DNA of 64,000 nt. Source: Octopus vulgaris (Eukaryota). Location: NCBI GenBank assembly GCA_951406725.2, contig OX597824.1, forward strand, positions 30,318,001-30,382,000, read 5' to 3'. Under the pieces are notes generated by a model. The model saw only the letters and a program-made list of their open reading frames with translations, made no database searches and was not told the origin of the DNA. Both the position numbers and the translations under genes were made by a program. Shown here piece after piece: positions 62,581 to 64,000 of this stretch (its first letter is position 1; each line of letters begins with the position of its first letter).

Positions 62581-64000
62581 CTGAAAATAAAGTGGAAGAT
62601 TGAACTTTAAAATTAGTTTCAAAAGTAATCTTTTTTTCATTAATAACTACTGTATTTGATAGCATAAGAGACACACAAGCATATTTGATGCACCCCAATT
62701 TCAGCAATGAATTTCAAGAGAACAAGTTTTTAGTGCATTAAAGCTAGTACTAGTTAATATTGCCAGTTCATTGCTATGATAATTCCTTTTACAGTGCAAG
62801 TAATAATAATAATGCTTAAGTAAATATCATAATTATTATGGAGTTAAGCTAAGTAGAAGAGACTTTCTGGATTAAAATTAGCCTAGAGAAAAATATTGAA
62901 TACCAAGGACAAAATTAACTTATGGGGGGCCCAACTTAACATAAAGGGCCTGGGATTATTTTTTGAGACATTTTTCTTTAGATAAAATGTGCATCTTATA
63001 TGCTATCAAATATGGTATATATATGCATCAATAATGATAAAGTCCCTTGTATTTTTGGTAAGCATCAAACTGAGTACAGATTGGTGGTAGGAATATTACT
63101 ATTTATGAGGGGCTATAACATATTCCCTTCCCTTCAATATTACAAATGAGCATACTTTTGAATAAATACATATATAAATAAAAACTTTCCCACTTCAACT
63201 CACTGCTTTTTTTTTTCTGGAAGTGCTCTGCTTAGAGATGCCAAATGTAAAGACAACCAAATTTTGGAGATTGTGAGCAATGGGATAAAATGCTTTTAGG
63301 AATACCAAAGAAATATAAAAGCTCAAGAGTCATTACTTAACAGGAAAAGGTTTCTTTCAATAGCAAATCCCATCTATTTAGGAACAATAATTGCAGCTAA
63401 CCCCTTTTTTGTTTTGTTTTTACACCTTTTTAATAAAGACTTTTGGTTTTACTTATGATTTTTGCTGTTGTCAAAAATATCGATTGGTATAAATTCAATT
63501 GTGACTCTGTATACAATCAAATAATGATACAAATTGTTCAAATAGCACTAACAGTTTATGACAGATTGATAATGTTCGATCTTCACTTCCAGAAAATGTC
63601 AGGTTATATGCTGATATTCTAATTCTATTTTGGTATCTGAAAGTTCAGCAATTTGCATGTTGTGCTTTTTTGCCTTTTACTTAAATATTTGTAGACATTC
63701 TAAAAGGTAATATTATTCTTTCATCTAAGCTTACCAATGAGTCTTTTAGTTTTCACTGTTGTCTATTTAGAAATATAGAATATACTTTTAGTCAGCTACA
63801 GTATATAGCTTATCAGATCAAAGAAAAGTACTGGTTATGAGAATTAATATTAATGATTATGGTAACTTTCTCAGATACTTCTAATACCATTTTACCCCTC
63901 AAGCCCTAGGCCTCATAAGGCTGGTTACCCAGTTTCCATGATATAAGTGACCAAGATCATAACATTCCCCCAGATTGAGGCACCAGTTCATTGCAGGGTT

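Overview
AT-rich, repeat-dense animal DNA. The RTE-LINE, tRNA-SINE and (TA)n content resembles an octopod cephalopod, which is an inference. Two spliced genes lie on the minus strand. (1) At 56093-62580 are the last five coding exons of a RIPOR/FAM65-family gene (C-terminal ARM/HEAT region). (2) From 39771 leftwards runs an unusual BTB-BACK gene. It starts MGTRFS (myristoylation-like) and has BTB and BACK exons, a 1983-nt low-complexity exon, and no Kelch repeats in this window. It continues into an array of at least 8 tandemly duplicated, stop-free, phase-0/0 exons (120-162 nt) encoding a ~50-aa CxxC-containing module, and the array probably continues past the left edge. The introns contain young RTE LINEs with a PHD finger inside the RT, Penelope-like sequences with hammerhead-ribozyme cores, mariner/Tc1 relics, piggyBac-type MITEs, foldbacks and SINEs. 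All exon boundaries were read by eye from GT-AG signals and frame continuity; there is no transcript evidence.
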